Source: Podarcis vaucheri (taxonomy: Eukaryota). From it: 64,000 nt of DNA. A program made the translations under genes and the position numbers. Positions 1 to 11,404 of the stretch are shown piece after piece. Position 1 is the stretch's first letter, and the number at the start of each line of letters is the position of its first letter. The notes beneath the pieces were generated by a model, which made no database searches, was not told the origin of the DNA, and saw only the letters and a program-made list of their open reading frames with translations. Location of the stretch: NCBI GenBank assembly GCA_965113315.1, contig OZ220366.1; one strand, 5' to 3'.

Positions 1-339
1 CCGATGCAACTTCTGTGAATGGGGCTTCCAATGTTGCCTCTGCCCTATTTTGGAGATCTGCCTTCACCCTCAGCTTGCCTCATTCAACTGGGTTTCCCAA
101 TTCTTAGGGGAGCTTTTAAGTGTGTTGGGTGCCTGGGAAGTCTGAGAATGTGTTTCCACTGGTCTCTTTCTGCACTTTTCTCAGGATCCAACCCACTGGG
201 AGGCAGAAAAAGGCCCATCTGCTTCTAAGAGGCTGCAAATGAAACTGAATAATCATTGTAATGCCTGTCCAGCCTAGTAGTACCTGCACAAACCGGTTGA
301 CCGAGGAAGGAGCTCAAGCAGAGCAACCACAATGTTGTG

Positions 340-604
340 GGTTATCAAGGGCAGTGAAATTTTATCCGCTGCGATAACGTCTATCGTGTTGAATGTACCA
401 CAAGTTCTGTGCAAAATACGCAACAACAAGGAGGGAGAGGAAAGGACATTTGATAATTACGTTTTCCATGCCCAACTGAACGTTTTGCTTATCAACAGTT
501 GTTTTAACAGAACGATAGTTACTGGGGGTGAATATATGCCGTTATCAGCTTCTGATGATGATGGATATTAATCTGCGTAACCTTCAGGCTAAAAGGGTAT
601 AAAA
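340..604 (+). promoter_or_regulatory. ATP4B: ATP4B proximal promoter: TATA box and GATA-site cluster
   Basis: TATAAAA at 598-604, about 80 bp before the ATG. TGATAA/TTATCA at 342-347, 451-456, 489-494 and 542-547, plus variant GATA cores at 362-367, 372-377, 381-386 and 513-518. Confidence 0.75.
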
Positions 605-684
605 CCAAAATGGTTACCTGATCAACTCTTTGGGCAGCGGCTGAACAGCTTGTTTTCTGAAGGAGTTCCTGGTTTTCAGCAAAG

Positions 685-796
685 ATGGCAACTTTAAATG
701 AAAAGAAGACATGCAGCCAAAGAATGGAGAACTTCCAGCGTTTCTTATGGAATCCGGAAACAGGGCAGTTAATGGGAAGAACCTTGATTAACTGGG
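685..796 (+). CDS. ATP4B: Gastric H+/K+-ATPase beta subunit, coding exon 1 (112 bp)
   Basis: [37 protein letters not shown]; Kozak-like AAGATGG; donor G|GTATGT at 797. All seven exons join in frame to 864 bp (287 aa plus stop). Confidence 0.96.
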
Positions 797-2541
797 GTAT
801 GTGGCCAAACACACAGAAGAGAATATCGTTCAGGCATTTTTGTGCTGTTGGGATTTGGTCATTTGCATTATTTCTGTATGATTAAATGTCTTAAGTTGAC
901 AAGATGCTTCCTATATAACAGTATTACTTGGTACGAGCCTGGAGAATCCACAAACTACTTTAAAAAAAAAAACACGATTTGCAAATTTGTTGACTTTAGC
1001 ATAAAACACTCATTTCCCTTTTATTTAAAATAGCTTACAGGGAAGCAGTTGGCTCTGCAACAGACTAACAAAACCCAAAACTCCTACTAGATGAGCGCAG
1101 AAATGCCAGTTTGTGGCAGAAACAATAGAAGGAACATGACTTTGATTTTATTCTTTTTGATCTGGATCCAAAGAACCACATAACTAGTTCTGTGAATCCA
1201 AGGGAGTTTTCCCACAGCAGCCCCGAGTGCTGGGTGCAAACCTCTTTAAGAAACTGAGGGGAGTTTCTAAAGCGGTTTGTAATATGGCACAGGGGTCTGC
1301 TCTTCAACGGAAAGCTGCTAAAAGATTGTGTTCAAAGTGCATGCAATGGGTTGGATGCACCTAAATCAGCTCACTGGATCTGGTCTGTCTTCAGAAGGGT
1401 GCCATTACTTATATATATATTTTAAAAAGTCTCTGAAATACAACTAATGGAAAATTTAATTTCAAACATCTTTATCCCTTTCTTCAATCATAAGCCACAG
1501 CAACTTAAAAATGCCATTGATAAGATGTTCAATTTATTGGTTATTATTATGTGACTAATTTCAATATATGCTACTTGTATTTCATTAGATTTCGTAGGTG
1601 GGCTTATCCACACTTTCCTTTCTCCTCCATTCTTCCCAGGCATGACTTGTGCTCAGTGTCCAATTGCCTTTTTTCTTCTCCTCCAGAGCTTTGCCCATGA
1701 AAACTCCCTCTTTAAGCTCAATTGGACCAAAATGTAATTCATGGTAAACTTGAATGGATGTTTGCTCCAATTGAGAGCTAAAAAGCAGATTTTCACAGGA
1801 AAAGCTCTAGGGCAAAAAAACCCCTTTGGACACAGACCTGGACCTGGAAAGAGCACCGCTAAAGTGTGGATAAGCCGAGTGCACACACACACACACACAC
1901 AAAATTTATGCTCCAGCTCAACATGCGTTTTTACTTTGTGATGTGAAACTGCAAATTGCATTTTTGTCTGTTAGACTTCAACAGCGACATACTCATTGTC
2001 CCTTTATTCTTTTGGGAGTATAAATTTTAAGCAATACGTTTCTCTGTAAGTTTGTACTGAAGACCTCCACAACCATCCTTACTCAGCAGTTGAAGCAATT
2101 AACTTTAGTTGTGCGGTATACGTTGTAATTCTTATTATGGGAAATTTGGAAAGTTCTCAACTTGTAATTTCAGTGCTGGGATATTTATTTCAGTGCATCC
2201 AACCCTATGAAAGTCAAATGGCATTGAATTTCCAGCTTCCACTGATGATCTTCAAAGCAGCAACTGTAGTCAGCTTCCCCAAATCACCCCGTAGCATTCT
2301 CCTGAATCGCAGTGCTACAAAAATCTCTGCTCCTTTTCTAGCACTAGAATACTTAACGGGGAGATTAGGAAGCTCCTGTGCTGAAATGCCTTAAAACTAC
2401 TATTATAAATATTTCACCTAACTGTTGACATGTACTTGGTTGCTGCTATGATTAGTTACTGAAACAGAACAGGTTGCCTCATAAGAGTAATGAATATCAT
2501 GCTTTTAAAAAGTTTTAACTTAATATTTCTTTTCTTAACAG

Positions 2542-2670
2542 TTTGGATCAGTCTTTATTATGTTGCATTCTATGTGGTAGTGACTGGGCTGTTTGCACTT
2601 GCTATATATTCTTTAATGAAGACACTCAATCCATATACACCGGACTACCAAGATCGATTAAAATCACCAG
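2542..2670 (+). CDS. ATP4B: ATP4B exon 2 (transmembrane helix, 129 bp)
   Basis: (V)[42 protein letters not shown]; ttaacag acceptor, CAG|GTACTT donor. Confidence 0.96.
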
Positions 2671-2929
2671 GTACTTAACACATTCCTGCCCATTCTGTTA
2701 CAAGTTGTGCTACACACACTCACTTACTGCATAAATCAACTTAAGACACATAAAATGATGGTTTGAGTTCTGATGAATGAAGTATAGCCTGGTGCTTAAG
2801 AGTTTTAGGAGCAGGGATGGGGAATCTGTGGTACTCTAGTTGTTGCTGAACTTTAACTCCCTTTAGCACTAGCTAGGATGGTTAATGGCTAACACCACTT
2901 AGAAGGCCACAGCTTCATTTGGAATGATA

Positions 2930-3172
2930 TAGTTGTACCCTGGATCCTGAACTCACTGGAACTCAAGACGTTTTGGCTCCCAAATGCCACAAACCCTGAA
3001 GTGATTGTTCCGGTTTGCGAATGTTCTTTTTGAACCCGAATGCCTGGCAGGGCTTCTGATTGGCTGCAGGAGCTTCCTGCAGCCAATCAGAAGCTGCAAT
3101 TTGGTTTCCAAACAATTTGGAAGATGAACAGACTTCCGGAATGGATTCCGTTCAACTTCCAAGGTATGACTG
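2930..3172. mobile_element. Tc1/mariner (Tigger/pogo-like) non-autonomous MITE
   Basis: Degenerate CAGT-GTACC...GGTATGACTG termini flanked by TA; internally similar to 8710-8979 and to the short copy at 29562-29642. Confidence 0.75.
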
Positions 3173-3717
3173 TACTGTATTTACTCAAATTTAATGCGCC
3201 ATCAGATCTAATGTGCATCCTAATTTTTGTGATGTAATTTTGCCAAAAGAGGTGTGTGTTACATTTGAGTAAATATAGTAACTTATAGCTCACTTTTCTT
3301 GACAATATACCATGACACAGAAGCCACAAAATTGAAGCATATCTGAGTTTTCCTTCCTTTAATCCCAAGTTATTATATTTTGTTTAAGCAGCAAGTAAGG
3401 GCCTAACTACCAGTTAAATGAATCATGTGGTTGCCCTTGAATGCGCTAACTTTAACCATCTCCAGGGGGGTGGGAACCCTTTGATATGACAAAGAACTCT
3501 TTGCTAAGATTCGATTCTCAAACCAAGAAATGTCAGGCATAGGTTCACTACAGGACTGGTGTTAAGGAGGTCAAACGTTTCTGATTTCTAGTAACCTGAT
3601 TGTTGGAAATGGAGACTTTCAATTTATACTTATTTTTTCACCAAACTAAGATGAACTGCCTGTAATGGGATCTTTCTCTCTTCCTCGCCTGTATATTAAA
3701 CTGCACTTTCAATGAAG

Positions 3718-3831
3718 GCGTGACATTACGACCAGATGTGTATGGAGAAAAAGGACTGGAAATTTATTACAATATTTCTGACCCGGACTCTTGGGAACAT
3801 TATGTTAAAACTCTTCACAGCTTTCTTTCAG
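3718..3831 (+). CDS. ATP4B: ATP4B exon 3 (114 bp)
   Basis: (G)[37 protein letters not shown]; gaag acceptor, CAG|GTAAAG donor. Confidence 0.95.
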
Positions 3832-4166
3832 GTAAAGTATGTGGGAAAATATCACAATAAAGGTGGCCTGAAGTACAGTAGGTCATCACTTTGAAATAGA
3901 GTTGCATGGGGTCACCTTGAGTTTGGGTTTGAATGCAGAAAGGTAACTCTCGTATGTATTTCTGGATGAACTAGGAAACATTTTCCAAGTTTCCCTAAAC
4001 AATATCAAGAGGCAGCAGGATTGTACAACCATTAAAGGCAACGTTATTTTAAGAAGAACAATTATTCTCTTACAAAAACAATGGCTAGAGGTTAGCCAGG
4101 AAGGTGCTCCAAAAGAAAGCAATAGAAATTGATTTCTCCCCTACTTTTTTTATCAATAATATACAG

Positions 4167-4366
4167 CTTACAACGAAACTGCACAGCATGCCAACAAGAA
4201 CTGTACTAAGGGAAGATACTATTTTCAAGAGTCTTTTGATGCTCCACACCACACAAAATATTCCTGCAAATTTACACAAGATATGCTTCAAAACTGTTCT
4301 GGTCTGGCGGATTCTAATTTTGGTTTTCCAGAAGGAAAGCCTTGCTTAATAATAAAAATGAACAGA
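4167..4366 (+). CDS. ATP4B: ATP4B exon 4 (200 bp)
   Basis: (A)[66 protein letters not shown], with the beta-subunit disulfide cysteines; AGA|GTAAGT donor. Confidence 0.96.
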
Positions 4367-4964
4367 GTAAGTACTTAAACAGTTCTTTAAAATAATTATT
4401 TATTATATCAAACATTATTGAGTTCAAACCTGGAAACAAAGAGAGGCAACTTATAACAACCTGAAGCCTTATTTGATCTGTAGTGTTCTGAAGGACTAAA
4501 AGGCATGAACTGAAAAGGTCTTCTTATTTTAACAGCAGAATCTCATCCAACAAGGGATATAAAGAAACACAAATGTAGCTTTGTTGACCCATAAGGAAAA
4601 GGAAGTCTTAAAATTGACAGTTGGGAAATACCAACCGAAATGTCATGAAATACTGGGAAGTTTTCGTGTTCTTCAGAACTCTTATTCACAAAAGTTGTTT
4701 AGCTGGTCCTAATATAAAGTATTGCCCACCCAACAAGAATACTCCCAATATCCTAGGAAAGGAAATCAACATTGGGAATAAGGTGCCAAGTATAAGAAAG
4801 CAGGATAGGACTTAAACCAACAGCTGAGACAAGCATCCCAGCGCAAGTGGGGTCTTCTTTTCCATCCCTGCACCTGAACTTTCCAGGTCCATGACAAATA
4901 AATTTTAAAAAATTCAAAGCTACTATTGTTTCAGTGGTTAACATGGAAAATTATTACCTCACAG

Positions 4965-5021
4965 ATTATAAATTTTCTCCCTGGCAATGGCACTGCACCA
5001 AGAGTGAACTGCACAACACTG
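4965..5021 (+). CDS. ATP4B: ATP4B exon 5 (57 bp)
   Basis: IINFLPGNGTAPRVNCTTL; cacag acceptor, CTG|GTAAGT donor. Confidence 0.95.
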
Positions 5022-5465
5022 GTAAGTTTATATCGCCCAATGTACTTGTATTGAAATTATTTCCATTTAGCTAATACACAGTAAAAATGTCTGTACGCCT
5101 ATCCAGAAGTCTTACTAGAGCTCAACGGCTCAAGCTTGCAGAGGGCCACAGCTTTAGGGCTCCAACTTCATGTGATACAGAGAAGCACGTTACCAAAATG
5201 CCGGGGGTTTCTGCTTTTTCTGCTACCCAAAGCCATTTCAGGATGGAGGCAATTTGGAGCAGAGTGCTTCACTGTTACCCTGTTTCCCTATCATCACCTG
5301 AGCCACGAGGTCAAAAACCTCATGAGGTTTCAAAAATATATTTACTTTACAAACACATAGCTAGGGCTTCTGTTGTGTCCCTCAATAAAACATTTGGAAG
5401 CTATTCAATACTTGCCAATGTCTGAGAAGCAGCCGAAGAACTGAAGCTAAACATTTTGATATTAT

Positions 5466-5614
5466 GCCTGGATAGCTCAATTGGTTAGAGGGTGGTGTTG
5501 ATAATACCAAAGTTGCAGGTTCAAGGCCCATATGGGACAGCTGCATATTCCTACACTGCAGGTGGTTGGGCTAGAGATAACCCTCAGGGTCCCTTCCAAT
5601 TCTACAATTCTATG
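5466..5614 (+). mobile_element. tRNA-derived SINE with a CR1-like 3' tail
   Basis: A-box-like TAGCTCAATTGG and B-box-like GGTTCAAGGCC head; tail GGTCCCTTCCAATTCTACAATTCTATG resembles CR1 3' ends. Confidence 0.7.
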
Positions 5615-5809
5615 TTGTAATCTAATAACGGTGGAGGGAGTTCCTACTTTCACCTCAGACTGAATCTTATTTTCAAGTAGTGCTCTTAAGCTCACGACAT
5701 GCAAACTGCACTAGTGAAGTATGGCTATGTAACACACCTAAAGCACAAAGCAACATGTAATTAGAGAGAAAGCACTAGTCCTAACACTTGCCTTGCCTAT
5801 GATCAACAG

Positions 5810-5899
5810 GATGATGCCAGTCCACTGGAGGTAGATTATTATCCTACAAATGGTACTTTTGCCCTTCACTACTTCCCATATTATGGATTGAAAGCACAG
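5810..5899 (+). CDS. ATP4B: ATP4B exon 6 (90 bp)
   Basis: [30 protein letters not shown], containing the family YFPYYG motif; CAG|GTATGT donor. Confidence 0.95.
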
Positions 5900-5980
5900 G
5901 TATGTTTTTTGACCATGTTCACTTTGACTTTCACAGATACTTTAAATGGAAGGATCTAACATTGTATACTTTCATTTTAG

Positions 5981-6142
5981 CCTACCTACAGCAATCCATT
6001 GGTGGCAGTGAAGCTTCTCAAAATGCCCATGAACAAAGAAGTAGTCATTGTATGTAGAGTTAATGGTACTGGAATTACTTCAGATAATCCTCACGACCCG
6101 TACGAAGGAAAGGTGGAATTCAAAGTCAGGATACAAAATTGA
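5981..6142 (+). CDS. ATP4B: ATP4B exon 7, terminal coding exon (162 bp including TGA)
   Basis: [53 protein letters not shown]; ttttag acceptor after an 81-bp intron. Confidence 0.96.
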   Translation, partial: PTYSNPLVAVKLLKMPMNKEVVIVCRVNGTGITSDNPHDPYEGKVEFKVRIQN

Positions 6143-6929
6143 GCAACAGAGTGCCGAGCTCATTGAGGATAACTCCTTGTTGTCTGGAACCTTCATCCAG
6201 GACAGCAGAAATGGATTAAGTCACACTGTTGGCTGTCAAATGTATTATTGTTTTACGACAGCAGAAAAATGAACAATCCAGAATTCCAGCAATGGATTAC
6301 TCAACTCAATTCCTCACTCGTAATACATGACCAGATGCTAACAAGTCGTATGGCAAGTCTACACCAACGCTTATGCGTAACTGTTTATTATACACCTGTA
6401 ATTTGAAAAACGAACAAAACCTATGAATGCTAATCCACACCTCTCCCCCTTTTCTCACTCAAAAGCTTTTTTAAAAAAGTTCGTTTTTGTTTTCTATTTG
6501 TTGAATTGATATAAGCAAATAATTTAATAATTGCTTGAACAGTCATTAACACGCTGTGCAATATTTTAGTATCATGCAACTTGTATTTGTAACGTATGGT
6601 TTCCATTTGAATGTCTGCAGTTTGATACAAAACTTCTACAGAGGGCAACTACGTAAAAACTTTTGGAAGGCCCAAAGCCATCCGAAAACAAGTCACTACA
6701 GTAATATTCAACTGTACAAAACTTACTTTCAATGTCTGTTGCATACCAGTGCTTTAGCGCAGATGCTAATGTGATTTCCACTCACTCCCTGAAAAGGCCA
6801 AGCTGGATACTAAATTTAGTAAACACAATGTAAGAAATGTTACCTAATGCAAACGTGTTGGTGTCATTTCAATAGAAATGTTTAAAACTACCTAATGTAA
6901 ATGTGTGTGATGCAAAAAAATTAAATAGT

Positions 6930-6935
6930 AATAAA
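6930..6935 (+). terminator. ATP4B: Candidate ATP4B polyadenylation signal
   Basis: First AATAAA I found after the stop codon (about 790 nt downstream), followed by T/GT-rich sequence. Confidence 0.55.
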
Positions 6936-7248
6936 ACTATTATTTGTGGCACTGTTCATGCAATACACTTTAGTATAGGTTGAAAGCTACTTTGGACACA
7001 CAATGTGGGGTTTTTGAGTTTAAAATTTGAAAACAGGGAAAAGTCCCATTGCAGATTGCATCTGAACATAACACCAGTGCTATTTTCTAGAAAAAGAGGT
7101 GCCGGAACTCACTCCCTGGTTCTCTTAAAATGGCAATGGTAACACAAATTTGATCTGCCATGGAGGAGAGGAGAAAAAAAAGTTGCTGTTGGAACATGAA
7201 TCTAAAGCCACCAGAACAAGTGGTATGGGCTCTTGGGATCTTTTAGTA

Positions 7249-7663
7249 CAGTGGTGCCCCGCAAGACGAAATTAATTCGTTCCGCAATTTTTGTCGTCTA
7301 GCGAATTTTTCGTCTTGCGAAGCATGAAATCCCATAGGAATGCATTGAAAATCAATTAATGCGTTCCTATGGTAAAAAAAAGTCCAAACAAAGCCAAATT
7401 TGGTACAACAACAGTTTATTAACTGCTCTTTAAAGTCACACATACTGTAAAGAGCAGTTCAAAAATTTAAGGGAAAATAAATTAACTTTATAAACAAAAC
7501 ATGTCTTTGTTTTTAGTCAAAGAAAAAAAGTCGCGAGACGTTTTCGTCTTGCGAAGCAAGCCCATAGGGGAAATTCGTCTTGCGAGGCAAATCGCGAACA
7601 GAAAAAACTTTCGTCTAGCAAGTTTTTTGTATTGCGAGGCATTCGTCTTGCGGGGCACCACTG
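7249..7663. mobile_element. Tigger/pogo-like MITE
   Basis: Perfect 22-bp TIR CAGTGGTGCCCCGCAAGACGAA / TTCGTCTTGCGGGGCACCACTG with TA on both sides; internal TTCGTCTTGCGA repeats. Confidence 0.9.
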
Positions 7664-8475
7664 TAGTTTATATTTTAGTTTTATTTTGAAGGCAGCCAGT
7701 CCGTCAATAGAATCCTATTAGGAGCTGAAGAGCAGTGGCTCCTTAGCGTATTTTAAAAGTTGAATCTGGTGCAGTGCTTTTGAGCACAAAAAAGTTAATT
7801 AGAACATGAAACTATTTTTTGCACTAAGAAAAACTTCTACAAACTTGCAACAGTAAGCATTCTAGTTTTATAATTTATATTAAAGCAAATACTAAATTGC
7901 ACACTGAGAACCAGAATGTTCACAGTGAAAGTCTCTATTAATAATGATTAGTGGCCTTAAGCAAGGTCACAACTTACAAGCTCTAATAGTGATGTGGGTC
8001 TACGCTGTCTGACTGTCTCGGCCTGTGCATGCTTGGGCAAGCAAGCAAGCCTATTACATCTGCAACAACAGGCCTAATGGTGAGTTATGTTACCAGGGTG
8101 ATGTTTGCGACCGCCAATTTTTGTAATTTTAAGCACTGTATGCCACTGATTATTTTGATTAGTGTTTCATTACATCGACATTTTCGCTCTTTTAAATTGT
8201 GTTTTTTAAAAAAGAAGATGCCTCAAGCTGTGAAGGTGTTTTAAATAAACAAAAGGAATTAATGAAAAATATCCCCATGTGCAGATGGAAAGCATATCCT
8301 TGCAAACATTGGATGGCTGACTCTAGTTGCTGCAATCCCACCTCCCCCAAAACTCCAGAGGTTAAAAGACCCAGAGTAGTGGCAGGCAAAAAAGAGAAAA
8401 TGTGGAAATCTATTCCCACAGAAGTGCACTGAATTCCTGGGCATGGGAATCACCAGGAAGCTTAGAATACATATA

Positions 8476-8701
8476 CAGTGGTACCTCGGGTTAAGTACTT
8501 AATTCGTTCCGGAGGTCTGTTCTTAACTTGAAACTGTTCTTAACCTGAAGCACCGCTTTAGCTAATGGGGCCTCCCGCTGCCACCACGCTGCCGGAGCAC
8601 GATTTCTGTTCTCATCCTGAAGCAAAGTTCTTAACCCGAGGTACTATTTCTGGGTTAGCGGAGTCTGTAACCTGAAGCGTATGTAACCCGAGGTACCACT
8701 G
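8476..8701. mobile_element. Tigger/pogo-like MITE
   Basis: TIR CAGTGGTACCTCGGGTTA / TAACCCGAGGTACCACTG with TA target duplication; related to 43458-43702 in the opposite orientation. Confidence 0.9.
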
Positions 8702-8709
8702 TACAAGCA

Positions 8710-8979
8710 CAGTTGTACCTTGGTTTTCAAATGCCTTGGGAGTCGAACGTTTTGGCTCCCGATCAAAGACAGGAAGTCATTGTTCCGGTTTTCGAATGTT
8801 CTTTGGAACCCGAACGTCTGACATGACTTCCATGCAGCCAACTGGAAGCTGTGCCTTGGTTCCCAAATGGCTGCAGGAGCTTCCTGAAGCCAATCAGAAG
8901 CCACACCTTGGTTCCCAAATGTTTTGGAAGTCGAACAGACTTCCGGAACGGATTCCGTTCAACTTCCAAGGTACCACTG
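8710..8979. mobile_element. Tigger/pogo-like MITE (second family)
   Basis: CAGTTGTACCTTGG...CCAAGGTACCACTG followed by TA; homologous to 2930-3172. Confidence 0.85.
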
Positions 8980-9452
8980 TACCTCCTCCCTTTACAAAAG
9001 CCAAGCAGGAGACAGCAATCTCAGGGAGGATATGGTGTCTAGAGAGGCACCACAAGAATATACAATTTTTATCAAATCAGACGCATCAGAATACATACTA
9101 TTCTAACTAACCATTTTAAAAAATGGCATTTTTTAAATTTACTGATGAAAACAGAAGCCAACACATTTTACTAAAGCTCCCTTTTATTTCAGGCATATCT
9201 CAATCATTTATCCACTTATACATTTCTATGATCAGAGGCACTATCCTAGGGATTAATTGCTTGTGAATGCAGTGCTGTTAAAGTCTCACAATTTATGTAG
9301 AGATATAAATACCTACCTACTTACCCATTTAAAGAGCTCTGAAACTCTTCCAAACTGAAGAACTATATCACAAGTCAAAACACAACAAAGCAGAAGGTGA
9401 AAATAATCTTGATTAGAGAAACAAAGAACTTGTTAAAAATGCCCACGCGCTT

Positions 9453-9458
9453 TTTATT
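9453..9458 (-). terminator. TFDP1: Candidate TFDP1 polyadenylation signal
   Basis: AATAAA on the minus strand about 1.1 kb after the stop codon, followed by a U/GU-rich downstream element. Confidence 0.6.
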
Positions 9459-10549
9459 AATAAAAACTAATAGTGCCACAATTAAACAAGTAAAACAAAC
9501 TGCTTATATTCCATAAAATATTACAGAAAAGTTTATTTGTGTTTCAATAAAAAGACTACTGTCTTAGAACAGGCAGCTGACAGTATTTGTGCAGTTAATT
9601 CTTTGTGAATAAATTTTAAAAGACTACCACCTGCCCTGAAATTTCTTTTATAAAAAAACGAAGTATTAAAAGTGATTGACAAATTTTGAGTTAAACATAA
9701 AACATTCTCTATATTTAATTTCAACTTTATAATAGATTACTGGAAGATGTTTAAGAAACAAATATAAACATTTGTTTCAGTACATGTCTTTTATATGATA
9801 GACTTATAGGTATGTAAACAACTATATAACAAATTGTTTTCAAAATCTGCCTGTAAGAAATCAGGCAAATTTTTATCATAAGCAAAACTCATCCCAAACC
9901 TTCAAGACATTTACACAGCTGTGCCAGCTTGGCAGTAAACATTTGCCAAAAATTGTATTTCATATGTCCTAACATTCAGCAAACACAATATATAAATTTG
10001 ATGGAATTACAATGATCAGAATAATTTTCAAAAGGGAAATAAATTCACACAATTTCCGCAAACTAACATTTAAAAAGAGGCTCTTTTGTTTGTTTCTTTG
10101 GACTCTGCATGATCAGCAAAATATAACATTTGTTTGCTATGCTTCAGTACGAAGTGTCACCTAAATGCACTCTAAATAAAATGCCATTCAGTGTATGCAT
10201 TTTTGACAGGTGGACAGATTTTATTTTCCATTAAATGTGGCTACATTTTCAAACTTAGCAACAACACTTAGGGGCAAAATGCATTTTCCTTCAAGTTAAA
10301 AATTCTAAGCAAAGAGTAAATAAAGGTTCTGCATTAACACACTGGTATCAACACACACATCCTCACCACATGTAAAAAAATCTACATAAAACAAACAATT
10401 CTTTTTACTTTACTGGAGGAGCAATTTCTAAATTCAGGACTCTTACCAGTATCTCCTTGATGGGGCAATTTTATGACAATTCTCTTCCTAGAATTATTCC
10501 TGAAGCTTGCTGAATTTTAACATTTAAAAAAGTCTACACGCAAAAAATA

Positions 10550-10700
10550 TCAGTCGTCATCGTCATTTTCATTAAAGTCCTCGTCATCATCGTCGTCGTC
10601 ATCTCCAACATAAGACACTGGTGTCTCTACTCTAGAGCCGCTATATTGAGATCCATTGGAACTTGTAGCTAACATTCCATCCCCTCCGTTTGAGTAGTCA
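10550..10700 (-). CDS. TFDP1: Transcription factor Dp-1, last coding exon (acidic tail, 151 bp)
   Basis: (S)[48 protein letters not shown]; tttcag acceptor. Eleven coding exons sum to 1239 bp (412 aa plus stop). Confidence 0.96.
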
Positions 10701-11054
10701 CTGAAACAAAAGCAAATCAGGATCAATACTTTTAACTGGTTTTCCATTAATGCATTAAGTTTTTACAACACAACTATGCAGGAGGAAGGGTGAGAAAAGG
10801 AATGTGCCTAAAACTTTTTTTGAACTGAAGTCATGCAAGGTTGCTACTGGACCCCAGGGACTTTGCTCGTATCTTTAGCTAGGATGCCAGGATCAACTGC
10901 TGTGCCTTCCTGACACAATGGCAAAATAAAAGAAAAAGCCTTTGTGGGTATGAATTGGGACCAACTTCTCAACACTTCCCTATGGCTGCTCTACACCATT
11001 ATCACCCTTTGGGCTTTAACTCCTTCAAAAAGGAGCCTATTAGGGAAACTATTA

Positions 11055-11404
11055 AAGGTAAAGAGACCCTTGACCTTTAGGTCCAGTCGTGGCCGATTCT
11101 GGGGTTGCGGCCCTCATCTCGCTTTATTGGCTGAGGGAGCCGGCATACAGCTTCCAGTCATGTGGCCAGCATGACTAAGCCGCTTCTGGCGAACCAGAGC
11201 AGCTCACGGAAACGCCATTTACCTTCCCGCCGGAGCGGTACCTATTTATCTACTTGCACTTTGATGTGCTTTCGAACTGCTAGGTTGGCAGGAGCTGGGA
11301 CTGAACAATGGGAGCTCACCCCGTCGCGGGGATTCGAACTGCCGACCTTCTGATTGGCAAGGCCTAGGCTCTGTGGTTTAACCCACAGCACCACCTGTGT
11401 CCCA
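11055..11404 (-). mobile_element. Sauria SINE (lacertid type), full length
   Basis: tRNA-like head with B box GTTCGAATCC on the minus strand, (ACCTTT)-type tail, and a 14-bp target-site duplication TAGGGAAACTATTA (11041-11054) / TAGGGGAACTATTA (11405-11418). Confidence 0.9.

Noticed and set aside
5466-5540. tRNA-like sequence with A and B boxes
   Set aside because: It runs into a CR1-like tail and lacks a clean cloverleaf, so it is a SINE head and not a tRNA gene.
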